A stretch of DNA of 64,000 nucleotides, from NCBI GenBank assembly GCA_009859145.1, contig VRVR01000042.1:172806-236805 (forward strand), given 5' to 3'. Of the stretch, positions 52,302 to 63,073 are shown piece after piece. The notes below the pieces were generated by a model. It saw only the letters and a program-made list of their open reading frames with translations, did not search any database and was not told where the DNA came from. Within the stretch, counting starts at the first letter, position 1, and every line of letters begins with the position of its first letter. Source of the DNA: Andalucia godoyi And28. Taxonomy: Eukaryota > Protista > Jakobida. A program made the position numbers and the translations under genes.

Positions 52302-52838
52302 ATGCTGTCTATTTCTCGTACCGTTCGTTCTCTCATGTCTCGCTCTTTTGCGGTTCGCAGATTTGGTTCTGCCGCTCCAGTGTCCTCTGATGCAGCCGGT
52401 ATGCTATCCTCTCTTTATCTTTCTCCAGTCTTTTTTTTCTTCCGTTCGCAGGGCGCTTATGTCTGGTTGCGGCTCTCGCTGCTCTATTGGCTGATTGCAC
52501 TAATGCGTTTGATTTGACTTTCTGTACTTGTTTACCCGCGTTTCATTCTCAAACACACAGCGCAACCAACTCAGGCATCTGCAACCGGACCGGAGGCCGA
52601 ACAGCAGCACCACTCTTTCGACAGTGGTGTTATTGTCGGACCGTTCGGCACAAAGACAAATCCCGTTGTGGTCAAGACTGTTTTCTCAGAGCGTGTTGTG
52701 GGATGCCCGGGTGAATGCAAGGAGGGCGTTAACGAAGGCCTGCGATGGTGGGTTATGCAAGTTGGATCCGACTACGAGTGTCCCGAGTGCGGACAGTGGT
52801 TCAAGCTTGTCAAGGATGCCTCGACTGGACACCATTAA
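52302..52838 (+). CDS. COX5B: Cytochrome c oxidase subunit 5B (zinc-binding), join(52302..52398,52561..52838)
   Basis: Arg/Ser-rich presequence. The GTATGC...CAG intron gives a 124-aa frame with GPFGTKTNPVVV...ERVVGCPG...WW...ECPECGQWFKL. Absent from the ORF track. Confidence 0.9.
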
Positions 52839-52850
52839 GCATGCGCGCGT

Positions 52851-52981
<131 letters not shown>

Positions 52982-53772
52982 GAGGAAGATGGATAGAGGG
53001 AAGAAGAAGCAGGAGCAGAGAGCAGAAGAAGCAAGGAGATGTGTATGACGGGATTTGGGAAAATGAATAATGGAGAAGCACGTGTTGTTTGGGAAATGCT
53101 GTTGCATGGTGCTTGCGAAATAATTTCCAAGACTGTGTGAATGCAAAAGTTTTATTGACTGGATCCTTCCGCTTCCTGTGCACGTCTTCTCGTTTCTCTT
53201 TTTCTTCTTCTTTTCTCAAATAATTTCCTTTTTTTTTTCTTTCTTTGTTGCTCAGCTTGCCTCAAATTCGAATCAGCCAAGCGCTCGGCTTCGAAAACCA
53301 ACGACGACCACCGCCACAACAACCTGTTTTTTTCTCTTCTCGCCCACCTGTCCTTTCCTAGCTTTTCTGTTCTTGTTTTACACTCATAAACCATATATAC
53401 ATGTTGATATTGTTATTATACACGGAACATCACAAGGTAGGAGATTTCGGAAGAACAAAACAAAACAAAACAAAACAAAACAAAACAAAAAACTGGAAAT
53501 ATGCAGTGCGATTCACCCGGCTGTAAATTGGTCCAACCGTTTTGATCGGGAATGCAGCTCTCTCTGATCGTTTCTTTTTCTGATTTCTCTTCGAAAAAAT
53601 GGAATGCAAAACAAAAGACAAGTAAATACAAGAGAAACACCAAAAAACAGAAAAGAAAAGAAAAAGAAACTGTCTCCGAAAGGTTTTCTTTTTTGGGTTT
53701 TATTCATTGATTTGTAGTTTATTGATTTCTGTTTTGCATATTACAACCCAGCGATACTTTGTACTGGATTTA

Positions 53773-56469
53773 ATGGCAGTGACAACAGCGGTCCCGTTTT
53801 CAAAGCGGAACCGCGATCCGTTGATCCTAGCGTACGTGGACACGTTTCGAACTCAGTATACCCAGCTGTTCCCGTCTCGTTCGCCGCTTTTCCTGACAGC
53901 CGAAAACAGCGATGGCGATGAGAAGTTTGTGTGTCTTTCTGTTCGTCCTACTGAGCTTCCATACATTGAACTGTACGATCTTCCCAACATTGTTCGCTTC
54001 ATTTCGGGGTATGTGGTGTACGAGCCGATGGACCCTCCCACGGTGTTGCCAGAGGTTCTTGTAGGCCCGGCCGCCACAATGACGCGGCAGTCTGGGAACT
54101 GCTTTGAGTTGTCCGTGCTCATGACATCGCTTCTTATCGGAGCAGGATACGACGCCTATGTCGTTTATGGATATGCATCGCGTGCAACTTGCAACAATGA
54201 TCTTTCGGGAACAGTATGCGATGTTGATGTGTCGTGCGAGCTTGACTCCGTGAAGAAGGAGGACGACAAGGCAGCCCCAAAGACAAGGTACAAGCTTCGA
54301 AGGCGAGATCCGCTTGTCTCCAGGTATGAAAAGAATCAAGAAGAAAAGCTCGCCAATGAAATGCGGAACCAAAAACTCGCTGCGACGAGTGACGGGGACG
54401 GTGCAGAAGAGGCTGCAAAGGCTCTGGAGCGAGTTCCGAAGCATGCGGATGAAGGAGGAGACGGCGCGGACGATTTTCGAGACGAGCTCTATGGCAAGCG
54501 TGTGCATGCATGGGTGCTGGTTTTGGCTGGAAAGAGAGATATGCAAAAACATATTTTCATCGAGCCCTCTACCGGGAAAATGTTGAACGTGGAGTCTGAC
54601 GAAGCCTGCTTCCGCTATTTTGGAATTGAGGCGCTGTTCAATCACCAGAATTACTGGGTCAATATGCAGTCGCTTCCAAAAGGCATTTACGGCATGAACT
54701 TCGATTTGACGGATCTGAAGAATTGGGAGTATGTGGTGATTGATGAAATGGCATTTGGAATGCCCCCTGAGCATGCCCTCAATGCAACCTCTGGAGCTGG
54801 AGGAAAAGACGGGGTGTTGCTCGATATTTCTGCGTCTCCTATCCGCGGAAACAACTCAAAGGTCTCGTTCGACGTCTCCGAGTCATTGACACCCAGTGCG
54901 CTTGTTGCAGGCTCGAGTATTAACAGAGAAGGAGTCTCGGATGCGGCACGGATGCTTTCAACTTCGCGAGGGGATCTAGCGGATTTGACCGTGGAAGCAG
55001 GTGAGCTCGGCGATCAAATCTTGGATTTACCACGATCCTGGGTCCGCAGTCTGGAGTTGTCAAAGTACGCGTTTGAATCTCGATATCCGGATGGAAGGAA
55101 GTTTTTGGAATTCCAAGATGCTTCTGTCGAAATGTACGCGCCGTATGTGCATCCCGAAGGGATTGTTCTGCGTGTGACGTATCATGATCGTGCGCGAGGC
55201 GTCATATCCTTGTTTTCGAATCGCAAGGACAAATTGAGGAAGCGCGTCGTCTTCGATGACGTTAAAGCAGGGCGCACAAGCGTGGAGCTGTTTCTCCCAG
55301 GAAAAAGAGGTGAGAACCAATATGAAGCACTCTCTCGTCTTGTGCAAATTCAAGGCCGAAGTCGTGAATTGCAGTTTTATGCGTCCGCTCGAACGGATGG
55401 TCTCGAATCTCGCATGGAGTATTTTGATCCGACGTATCCCTCTGTTTCGGGGTATTTGAAAACGGTTGAAACGTTCGTTGGACGGGGCGATCATCTTGTT
55501 CGTCGAAAGGTGGTTTATTCTGCCACGGGAGTTCAAACATCGGGTGCGCCCACTGCAGTGCCGGTGCTGTCCGTTGGTAGCTCAGGAGATCTCAACCACA
55601 CGGCGAATTTGATGAGCTCTAGTCTTTTTAATGTTCCTGTGAACATTATCAAGCCGATTCTGAAGATCAGCGAGCAGTTTGCAGAAACAAATCCGGAAAG
55701 GATTGCAAAGAGAGTTTTTGACCGGCTTGCGCGATCTGTCCGCGTAATATACCACTATGCTCCGGACGCTATCACGCAGACCACGTACACATTTGCCCAA
55801 GTCGGCAAAGATAAACTGGACATTGACATGTCCGTGAAGGATCCTTTCGCACGCCAGCCAGACGATCAGCAGTTGATGGATATGTATCAAAATCTTTTGA
55901 TATCGGAGCGTGTGTCGGAACAGTCTGTACGCGAGTCAGAGAAGGAAGCGGGAGAAATTTTTGTGCAGCGAGATCGAGACGAGTCGAATGTCTTGTTTGA
56001 GACTTCAGTGTACGACACACTTCGGAACAAGCCGTCTCAAGAAGAGATTGCGGCGCTTCGTGCTGCTCAAGAGGAAGAAGCGCGCAAGCGGTCGATGCGC
56101 GACTATCTGACTCCATTTCTTCCTCGACCAGAGGGAGTCTTCACACGAGAAGAAGCGATTGCCACCAAAGAAGCAGCTCTCAAGGCCCTCAAAGAGCGTC
56201 TTATTGACCGCGCAACTATTATTCAGTCAAGATTGGACGAAGAAAAAGCCAATCATGCGCGACGAAAGCAAGCGTTTGTTCGAAACGAAGGGCACATGGA
56301 CAAGGCCGAGGAGGAAGAGTTCCTCGCATACTGCGAAGACGCCATGTTTCGCATCCATATTTTGGAGCAGCGTTTGGCTCGTCACGAAGAGCTGGCAGTC
56401 GCCAAGTATGCCGAACTGGAAAACAAACTCCGTGTCGACAACCGCTTGGCAACTTTTCTTAATGCCTAG
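53773..56469 (+). CDS. DRC7: Dynein regulatory complex subunit 7 (CCDC135/FAP50)
   Basis: Transglutaminase-like GNCFELSVLMTSLLIGAGYDAYVVYGYA, HAWVLVLAGKR...FIEPSTG, NHQNYWVNMQ and a C-terminal coiled coil (ILEQRLARHE). ATG at 53773. Confidence 0.9.
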   Translation: MAVTTAVPFSKRNRDPLILAYVDTFRTQYTQLFPSRSPLFLTAENSDGDEKFVCLSVRPTELPYIELYDLPNIVRFISGYVVYEPMDPPTVLPEVLVGPAATMTRQSGNCFELSVLMTSLLIGAGYDAYVVYGYASRATCNNDLSGTVCDVDVSCELDSVKKEDDKAAPKTRYKLRRRDPLVSRYEKNQEEKLANEMRNQKLAATSDGDGAEEAAKALERVPKHADEGGDGADDFRDELYGKRVHAWVLVLAGKRDMQKHIFIEPSTGKMLNVESDEACFRYFGIEALFNHQNYWVNMQSLPKGIYGMNFDLTDLKNWEYVVIDEMAFGMPPEHALNATSGAGGKDGVLLDISASPIRGNNSKVSFDVSESLTPSALVAGSSINREGVSDAARMLSTSRGDLADLTVEAGELGDQILDLPRSWVRSLELSKYAFESRYPDGRKFLEFQDASVEMYAPYVHPEGIVLRVTYHDRARGVISLFSNRKDKLRKRVVFDDVKAGRTSVELFLPGKRGENQYEALSRLVQIQGRSRELQFYASARTDGLESRMEYFDPTYPSVSGYLKTVETFVGRGDHLVRRKVVYSATGVQTSGAPTAVPVLSVGSSGDLNHTANLMSSSLFNVPVNIIKPILKISEQFAETNPERIAKRVFDRLARSVRVIYHYAPDAITQTTYTFAQVGKDKLDIDMSVKDPFARQPDDQQLMDMYQNLLISERVSEQSVRESEKEAGEIFVQRDRDESNVLFETSVYDTLRNKPSQEEIAALRAAQEEEARKRSMRDYLTPFLPRPEGVFTREEAIATKEAALKALKERLIDRATIIQSRLDEEKANHARRKQAFVRNEGHMDKAEEEEFLAYCEDAMFRIHILEQRLARHEELAVAKYAELENKLRVDNRLATFLNA

Positions 56470-56749
56470 CATTTTCCTTCTCCTTCTCCTTCTCCTTCTC
56501 CTTCTCCTCCTTCTCCTTCCCATTGCCTTCCGTCGAAGCGCGGGAAAAACGCAAACGTTTTCGAGAAATCTTCTGTAAAAATTCAATAAAACTAAACACA
56601 AACAAAAAAAGTTTGCACCCATTTTTCTTTCAGACTTGCATTTCTTTCCCCATTCTCGTTTGCTTTGCCTTTTGTTGTTTTCGAGCTTATTTCGTTTCTT
56701 TGCATTTGCATTTGCATTTGTGCACGGGTCTTTTTTGTTCTTGTTTTGA

Positions 56750-59700
56750 ATGCCTCTCTCGTATCTTCCGCTCTTTGGGGCACTTTGTGACGAAGAGACT
56801 TCCGTGTCGCTAATTCTGAAGCAAAGTGAGTTTTCAGCGCTCAACACGAGCACGCTGCATGTTCTGCCTCCCTTTCAAAATGGTGACTTGTTCAAGTCGT
56901 TTCCCAATCCTCGGTTTCCTCTCAGCGATGATGGATCCGCAAAAACGTTCCTTTCCGAGATTTTAGGGGTTTGCGCGGATCGCGGATGTTCGCTTTCCGT
57001 GGAAGATGTTCACTCAACGATCCAAGTGAATGGTGGCTCCACGAAAAACCTGTATCCGCTCGTTGCACATGGAGACCGACAGGCTATTGCACTGTTTTTG
57101 CACTCGGTCTTCAGAGAAAGAGTGTTTTATCTGAAATCAATACTGGCGCTTCTTGAAAGAGACGTTCATTTTGCGGCGCGTCCGTCTCTCCCTGCGGCAG
57201 TTGTGCAGTCTCTGCTGTGTCTGTTGCGGTTTTCGAATGTGTCTTCAGGCCCGCTGTTCGTGATTGAACTATGGAGAAAGGAATTGAACACAGAGTATGT
57301 ATTGCTGCTCAAGGTATTGTTGATGATTGCGGGGCGGTCGGAATCACTGAATAAGATGTTAGCAGATGATCTGCTCCAGTCGCTGGACGATGCCATCGAC
57401 GCGTTCTCCTTCTTTCGAGAAAGATTTTCTGTTGTGGTGTCGGACGTCGAATTGGTTGTCGAGCAGGGGTTCTTGCTGCTGTTCGGTTCCGTTTTCCGCT
57501 TGAAAAGTGCGTTTCGAAGAATCCCCGGATTGGCTGTCTTGTGTTCAAACCCTGCAGAAGAAGCTACAGAACAGCTGAGTTCGCTGGTGAGTGCAATCTG
57601 TGACCAAGTTTCGCATGCCGAGAGTTTGGAGTCCCAAACAAAGTTTTCTGTGTTGATGGGGTGCCTTCATTGCTGCTCTGCAGTGCTGACGTGGTTCAAC
57701 AAACACTCCATTGTCAGCTCAAACGGTTCGTTTCTACCACAGCTGCTGCACGTTGCGGGAGAATGTCTTCGTTCCATGTACCTGACAGGCGATGTTGCAT
57801 TTGGTTATCACCAAATGCTGATTCGTAGAAATGTGTATTTTCCGCTCTTCGATGTTCAGGATGTTGAAAGAAGGTCTTTTTTGGATTTCCGATTTCCATG
57901 GTCGTTCCCTTGTGCCGTCGACATTCCAACCCTGGAATCATTTGTGCATGCATTCAAGTTTTCCTGGCCTCTACAAGCGCGTGATTTTTTTTCTTTTCTT
58001 GCCCTGTCCGCGGCAAGACTGCCGGACGATGCGTCAAATTTCATGGCGCTGTTTGACATGAGATCCATTATGATCGCTCAAAATGGATCCGAAACTGTTT
58101 TCCCAGACCTGTACCAGTTGTTTTCAAATGTTGCGGATTCGTCGAGCGCAGACTCCTTCAACGCCGAGGATTTCTCAACCTTGCCAGAAACATGTGGATT
58201 CTCATCCGGCTGCCAGCTGCATCGACTAACATTCGCTCACAGTGCATTGGAATGGGTAATCAAAATCATTGATTCGTGTGGCCCTGGTGGGGTGCCGTTA
58301 GACACGAATGTGTGGGAAGACATAGTCGATGCATTCTTGCTGTTTTGTCTGAGTCTCTTGCGTGCGCAGAAGAAGGCATGTTTTTCAAAACTGCGCGATG
58401 TGGTGTACCAAACAGTCGGTGTGCAGTTCGAGCCATTTTTGGTACACTTGCTGCCAGGGATCCGGCGACCGAGGACGGTTTCTGTCATGTTGTACACCCT
58501 GAATCTTTTAGATGTTTGTTCTGTTTTTGCAGATGTGCTCAAAACACTGGCGACGTCCAATGATGTTCCGAGTTTGTTGAATTTCCAACAAGGGATCACC
58601 TCTTTGCTGCTATTTCTGCGCACAGTCAACGTGTCGAACAGCCATGAAGGCAGTTTCGACAGTGTTTCCAATTTCCTGGGTCTGGTCGTTCGCAGTGTCG
58701 TCCCATCCGAGCTTGGCGTTCGCCCACTGTTGCTCATGTGTGATCTGATGTTCAATATCTTGCCGGCGAATGCGGCGCCGTTCGCACAAGAACTTGCACG
58801 TCAATTATTTACGACATTCTCGTTCGCAGCCATTGATTCTGAGGTACGGACGGACTCCGTCGCAGCTCTCGGGCCCAGCTTAACGTGGTGCTCTTCTTTG
58901 TTGCAGAATGATATCGCATTCCACCAAATGGCGATTGTATTCTCTGTTTCCTCGTTGAACGCACTGTTTCTTGCGAGGGGGATCGTGTCTGTCATTGTGA
59001 GCAATGCTCTCAGTTTTGTCCCTGATATGCCTGATACGCGTGCTTTGGTTCCACACAACTTGCACGCTCCTGTTTGTGCTGCTATTTCGTTTGCACTCAT
59101 GTATCCAGACGTTGTCGATTCTCGTCTGATGTTCCTGCTTGTGTCGCGACTGTGTCTGTACAGCCAGCCGTTTCTCGAGCATGTCAGGAATCATGAGTTA
59201 AAAGGGAAATTGTTGGCCGTGATTTCACCAGTTTCTTCTGAATTAGTGGAAAAGAACCGCTTTTGTTTGCTCAACACCGGCGTGACTTTCGGTGATCCAA
59301 GAACGATAGTTAAGGAAATCGTATTGTCAGAGACAAGTCAGCGACAGTTCTGTCTAGCAGGTCTCGAGGTCGATTCTCCCCATCGTTTTATTTGCTTTGT
59401 TGTAACTCTTGCAGAAGTCCTCCGGCGGGTCAATCGCAGTTCTTGCCCTCCGCACGTTGCGACGGTCGTCGGTGAATTCTCTCACAAGTTTTTAAAGCGT
59501 TCGTCGTCGATTTGCAAAAGTATTTTGCGTTCACTGTCTGTGACAACGTCGACGTTTTTTGCAGACCGGGAGAAGCTCTTCATGGATTTTGCAAAGGCGC
59601 TGTGTTTCTTGCACACGTTTTCTCTCCGGACCCACTCTTTGGAAGTCAGCAGGAGCTGTTTTGTCGACCTTCTTTTGGTGATCACTGATTTTCCAGTGGC

Positions 59701-61066
59701 GCATTCCGTTGTGTGCCCTCTTATTGCGGAAGCTTTCCTTCATATGATTGCCATCTCGTGTGGACAGCCTGCGTCCGATCTCGAAACTCTGCAGAGATTT
59801 TTATCCGACCAGATATTGCAGTATGTCTGCCAGACGGCGTCTGGCGATCTGAAAACTTCGTATCTTCGAACGTTGACAATGTGGCTTTCCGTGACGGATG
59901 CTTCGACGGCATTAGTGGGTTCGCGCGTGTGTGATGTTCTCTCGTCCTGTCCCTTGATCGTCGATCTCGCTGTCTCTCAGTCCTCTGTGTCCCCTTCCGA
60001 CTCTTTCTTCGTCTTGTCGTTTATCTCGCCGTCGGTGTTTGCTTCTCGCTGGATCGCTGCTGTTGAAATGATCAAGTTTGAGCTGATTGGCAACGGTGCC
60101 CACTTCTTGGAGGCCTCGTCGTTTTTGATTTCGTACTTTTTACGATTTGGTGTGCAAGTCTTGTCCTTCATTAACATTCCCGAGTTGATTGATTGTCTCG
60201 TGTTGAACAAGCAGTTGTCGTCGAGTACGATGTTGGATGTTTCGTGGTTCATGTGTCTTTCCATTGTGGATGTTCTGCTGCATATGGAGAACGCAACAGG
60301 CCAAGTTTCACAGGCGTATCCAAAAGTTGCCGCAGCGCTGCATTGTTTTGCTTCCGTGCATTTGCAGCAGCTTGTGCATGGCATTCGACTGTTTAGCGTT
60401 GATCCGTCGTTTGGCTCAGCCATGTTCTTTGCGTTTTCCTCAAAGGTAGTTTTCCACTTGGTCCAGTCGGATATGATTTCAAATCTGCTGGACCAGCGCG
60501 TGTCCTTGTCTGTCAAGTCTTCCGTAGCATCCACTTCGCTGCGCGAATGTCTGTTCGTGTCTCTTTGTGATATTTTGAGAGCAGTTCGGGAGTCTCGAAA
60601 GTTCTTTTTGAAGTTTGTTCCACGGAATTTCGCGAGTTCCATGAAGGATTCGTTTACGTCTAATCTTGTGTTTGAAGGTTTTGAGGATGTCTGTCGCAAC
60701 GATTTGTTCATGAAAAGTTACAAAGCAGTGGACTGGAAAAGCGTGCGGTCGAATTCGGAGGTTGCATCGCTGCTGCGCAAGCTCCCAAATCCATACAGCG
60801 GTATGCCACAACATCAGTCCGGAGGATCCGTTGACTCTGTGGTCGCAATGATGCTGATTGGCGGCTTCTATTTGACCCGGTCCGCGGTGTTCTCATGCGA
60901 AAGAGGAGGAAGCATGGTGTCTGTTTTGGAAGACGAATGCCGAAACTTCCTGACTTCCTTTCCCAACGTTCGCCAGTTCGAATTCAACGACATCTCGCTC
61001 CGCTCTCTCGTTCCGTCTGTCTCGGATCATCTCTTGTTTTTGCTGCTCAGGGCGGCGCATCAATGA
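56750..61066 (+). CDS. Large alpha-solenoid protein, possibly nucleoporin Nup188/Nup205-like
   Basis: 1438-aa Leu/Ser-rich helical ORF; the coding call is solid. FRERVFYLKSILALL and LWRKELNTEYVLLLKVLL loosely resemble Nup188 N-terminal motifs, so the identity is tentative. Confidence 0.4.
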   Translation: MPLSYLPLFGALCDEETSVSLILKQSEFSALNTSTLHVLPPFQNGDLFKSFPNPRFPLSDDGSAKTFLSEILGVCADRGCSLSVEDVHSTIQVNGGSTKNLYPLVAHGDRQAIALFLHSVFRERVFYLKSILALLERDVHFAARPSLPAAVVQSLLCLLRFSNVSSGPLFVIELWRKELNTEYVLLLKVLLMIAGRSESLNKMLADDLLQSLDDAIDAFSFFRERFSVVVSDVELVVEQGFLLLFGSVFRLKSAFRRIPGLAVLCSNPAEEATEQLSSLVSAICDQVSHAESLESQTKFSVLMGCLHCCSAVLTWFNKHSIVSSNGSFLPQLLHVAGECLRSMYLTGDVAFGYHQMLIRRNVYFPLFDVQDVERRSFLDFRFPWSFPCAVDIPTLESFVHAFKFSWPLQARDFFSFLALSAARLPDDASNFMALFDMRSIMIAQNGSETVFPDLYQLFSNVADSSSADSFNAEDFSTLPETCGFSSGCQLHRLTFAHSALEWVIKIIDSCGPGGVPLDTNVWEDIVDAFLLFCLSLLRAQKKACFSKLRDVVYQTVGVQFEPFLVHLLPGIRRPRTVSVMLYTLNLLDVCSVFADVLKTLATSNDVPSLLNFQQGITSLLLFLRTVNVSNSHEGSFDSVSNFLGLVVRSVVPSELGVRPLLLMCDLMFNILPANAAPFAQELARQLFTTFSFAAIDSEVRTDSVAALGPSLTWCSSLLQNDIAFHQMAIVFSVSSLNALFLARGIVSVIVSNALSFVPDMPDTRALVPHNLHAPVCAAISFALMYPDVVDSRLMFLLVSRLCLYSQPFLEHVRNHELKGKLLAVISPVSSELVEKNRFCLLNTGVTFGDPRTIVKEIVLSETSQRQFCLAGLEVDSPHRFICFVVTLAEVLRRVNRSSCPPHVATVVGEFSHKFLKRSSSICKSILRSLSVTTSTFFADREKLFMDFAKALCFLHTFSLRTHSLEVSRSCFVDLLLVITDFPVAHSVVCPLIAEAFLHMIAISCGQPASDLETLQRFLSDQILQYVCQTASGDLKTSYLRTLTMWLSVTDASTALVGSRVCDVLSSCPLIVDLAVSQSSVSPSDSFFVLSFISPSVFASRWIAAVEMIKFELIGNGAHFLEASSFLISYFLRFGVQVLSFINIPELIDCLVLNKQLSSSTMLDVSWFMCLSIVDVLLHMENATGQVSQAYPKVAAALHCFASVHLQQLVHGIRLFSVDPSFGSAMFFAFSSKVVFHLVQSDMISNLLDQRVSLSVKSSVASTSLRECLFVSLCDILRAVRESRKFFLKFVPRNFASSMKDSFTSNLVFEGFEDVCRNDLFMKSYKAVDWKSVRSNSEVASLLRKLPNPYSGMPQHQSGGSVDSVVAMMLIGGFYLTRSAVFSCERGGSMVSVLEDECRNFLTSFPNVRQFEFNDISLRSLVPSVSDHLLFLLLRAAHQ

Positions 61067-61296
61067 CATTAAATGTGTTTATAAGGGTGCTTCCTTAAAA
61101 AATTGAGCTCGGAGATTCCGAAGACTTCTTCCATCTCCGTTTTCCCGTTTTTCAGTCTTCTTCTTTTCTTTCTGCTACCCGTTTTGTATGATTATTATTT
61201 TGGTTTCCCTTTTAGAATTTCCTTTCTCAATTTCATCTCCTGCACCCGTTTCCTACTTCTGCTTCTGTTCCCCTCTGCTGGTGCTTCTTCCGACCG

Positions 61297-61712
61297 TTGA
61301 ATAATGACACGCCATTGTCATGCACACGGAAGGAAGTATACATAAGCAGACACGGTCAATACTGGCCGACACCAGCACGTTTGTTTCACAGGAATTCGTG
61401 CTTACGCACGCTCGGCCTTTAATGCAACATCCGTAGCCATCTATTCTATCAATCGTTGGTTTGGTTTTTTGGGTCCACTTTTTGCAACGTTTATGCCATA
61501 AGGCGACCGAGTATCGCGAGCGGCGGAAGAAAAGTGTTTGCATGTCCCGCATGTAGCTCACCGATTGATCGAGATTGGGAACGGAGCGCGGAACATTTAT
61601 CTGAAGAGCGCCGAGAGGCGTGTTGGGGCCTATTCCCTTCCAGGCAACGGGATGCAAGATTGAATATGCATGTCTATTCGTTGGTATACATGTTCAGTGT
61701 ATACTGTAGGCG
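61297..61712 (+). mobile_element. Non-autonomous IS607/Fanzor2-like element, subfamily 1 (copy C, 416 bp)
   Basis: Carries TnpB/Fanzor C-terminal remnants WVHFLQRLCHKATEY, GGRKVFACPACSSPIDRDW and NGARNIYLK (zinc finger plus RuvC-III). Preceded by CCG; ends TGTAGGCG. Confidence 0.88.
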
Positions 61713-61939
61713 TCGATTGAAATGGGACGCGCCATAAAAGGGAAAAAATCGTCTCGCTTGAGTGCTGCGTGCCTTTTGTCCTTTTGCGAGCCAAATAGAA
61801 GACCAATAACAACAGCAAAAACGTGAACATGTTCGTGTCTCCAAACAGTCGAGAATTGTGATTTCTTTTCATTTTGATATTTTTATATTTTGATTTGAGT
61901 GTTTTCATTATCGTCCTCGTTTCTGGGTATCTTGAAAGA

Positions 61940-63019
61940 ATGCGGCTGTTGTCGCACATCAGTGGCATGGGTATGGAGACTCTGTCCGTTTTGAAAACTC
62001 GAGGATACCGTTCTGCATACGATGTTTTGTCCAGGCCCGAGTACGAGGTTGCGGAGGACCTTGGAATATCCATCTTGGAGTGCCGCGAGCTGGTCTCGAA
62101 GCTTGCCGAGAAATGCGCTCCGCTGGTACTGGCTGCTGCCAAACTTCCTTCACTATCGAATCGGAAAGCCGGGATTCAATTTCTGGATCGGGCGTTCAAA
62201 GTATGATTTCTGGTATTCGCAGTTCTGTATCGTTTCCCCACTCAAAACCAACGCTGATGCTGATTCCGATACTGATGATCATGGTGTCCATTTCTCCTTC
62301 TCCTTCTCTTCTCTTCCGGCGGATAGGGCGGAATTCCTGTGGGCATTCTGACTGAAATCTGTGCACCCCATGGCTGCGGAAAGACGCAACTATGCCTAAC
62401 GCTGATTGCCAACACCATTCTTGACTGCATTTCCGAGGCTGCGTTCAACGACCACGTTCGCGTTCTGTACATCGACAGCGATCGAGCGTTTGATCCTTTG
62501 AGGTTTCTGGAGATTTTCTCAATCATTGCAGGCAGGCGAAGCATCGATGTCGACAACCGCTTGAAGAAGCGGGTTCTTGACTCTGTAGTGGTGTACAATA
62601 TCTATGCGATTCATCAGCTGGATACGCTGCTTGGTGATTTGTGGAAAAGTGAGTTTGTCCAGCTGGATGTATCCTTGTTGGTTGTCGATTCCATAGCGGA
62701 AATGGTCAGAAGATCCGAGCTGACTCCCGTCGTTCAGTCTGAAGTGCTGAACAGAATAGCGGCTCAACTGAAGAGGATTGCTTCCACTTTTGATTTGCCT
62801 GTGATTGCTACGAATCACGTCGCTGCAGATGATCGTGCGAGCCTTGGAATTGCATGGCATCACGCAATCAACTTGAGGATTCGTCTTGCACGAGCAGGGG
62901 GAGGCCAGCCGGCTGTCGACGGGTTCGCGGGACAACCGCTGCTTATCACTGTTGACAAGAGCTCAGTTTGCCCGGCAACGACAGGACACTCTAGAATCTG
63001 TGACGCCGGTGTCGAATAG
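61940..63019 (+). CDS. RAD51 paralog (RAD51B-like), join(61940..62200,62327..63019)
   Basis: N-terminal helical domain ending LAEKCAP. The phase-0 GTATGA...ATAG intron joins to GGIPVGILTEICAPHGCGKTQLC (Walker A), then VLYIDSD and LLVVDSIA (Walker B); 317 aa. Confidence 0.88.
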
Positions 63020-63073
63020 TCTGTTTGCATGGAACGCGAATCGGTATGTGGTTGCTTCAATTTTACAGATAAT

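Noticed and set aside
62201-62326. snoRNA in the RAD51B-like or COX5B (52399-52560) introns
   Set aside because: TGATGA/CTGA-like words occur but not in a proper C...D arrangement with a stem and rRNA guide. No clear H/ACA hairpin pair.
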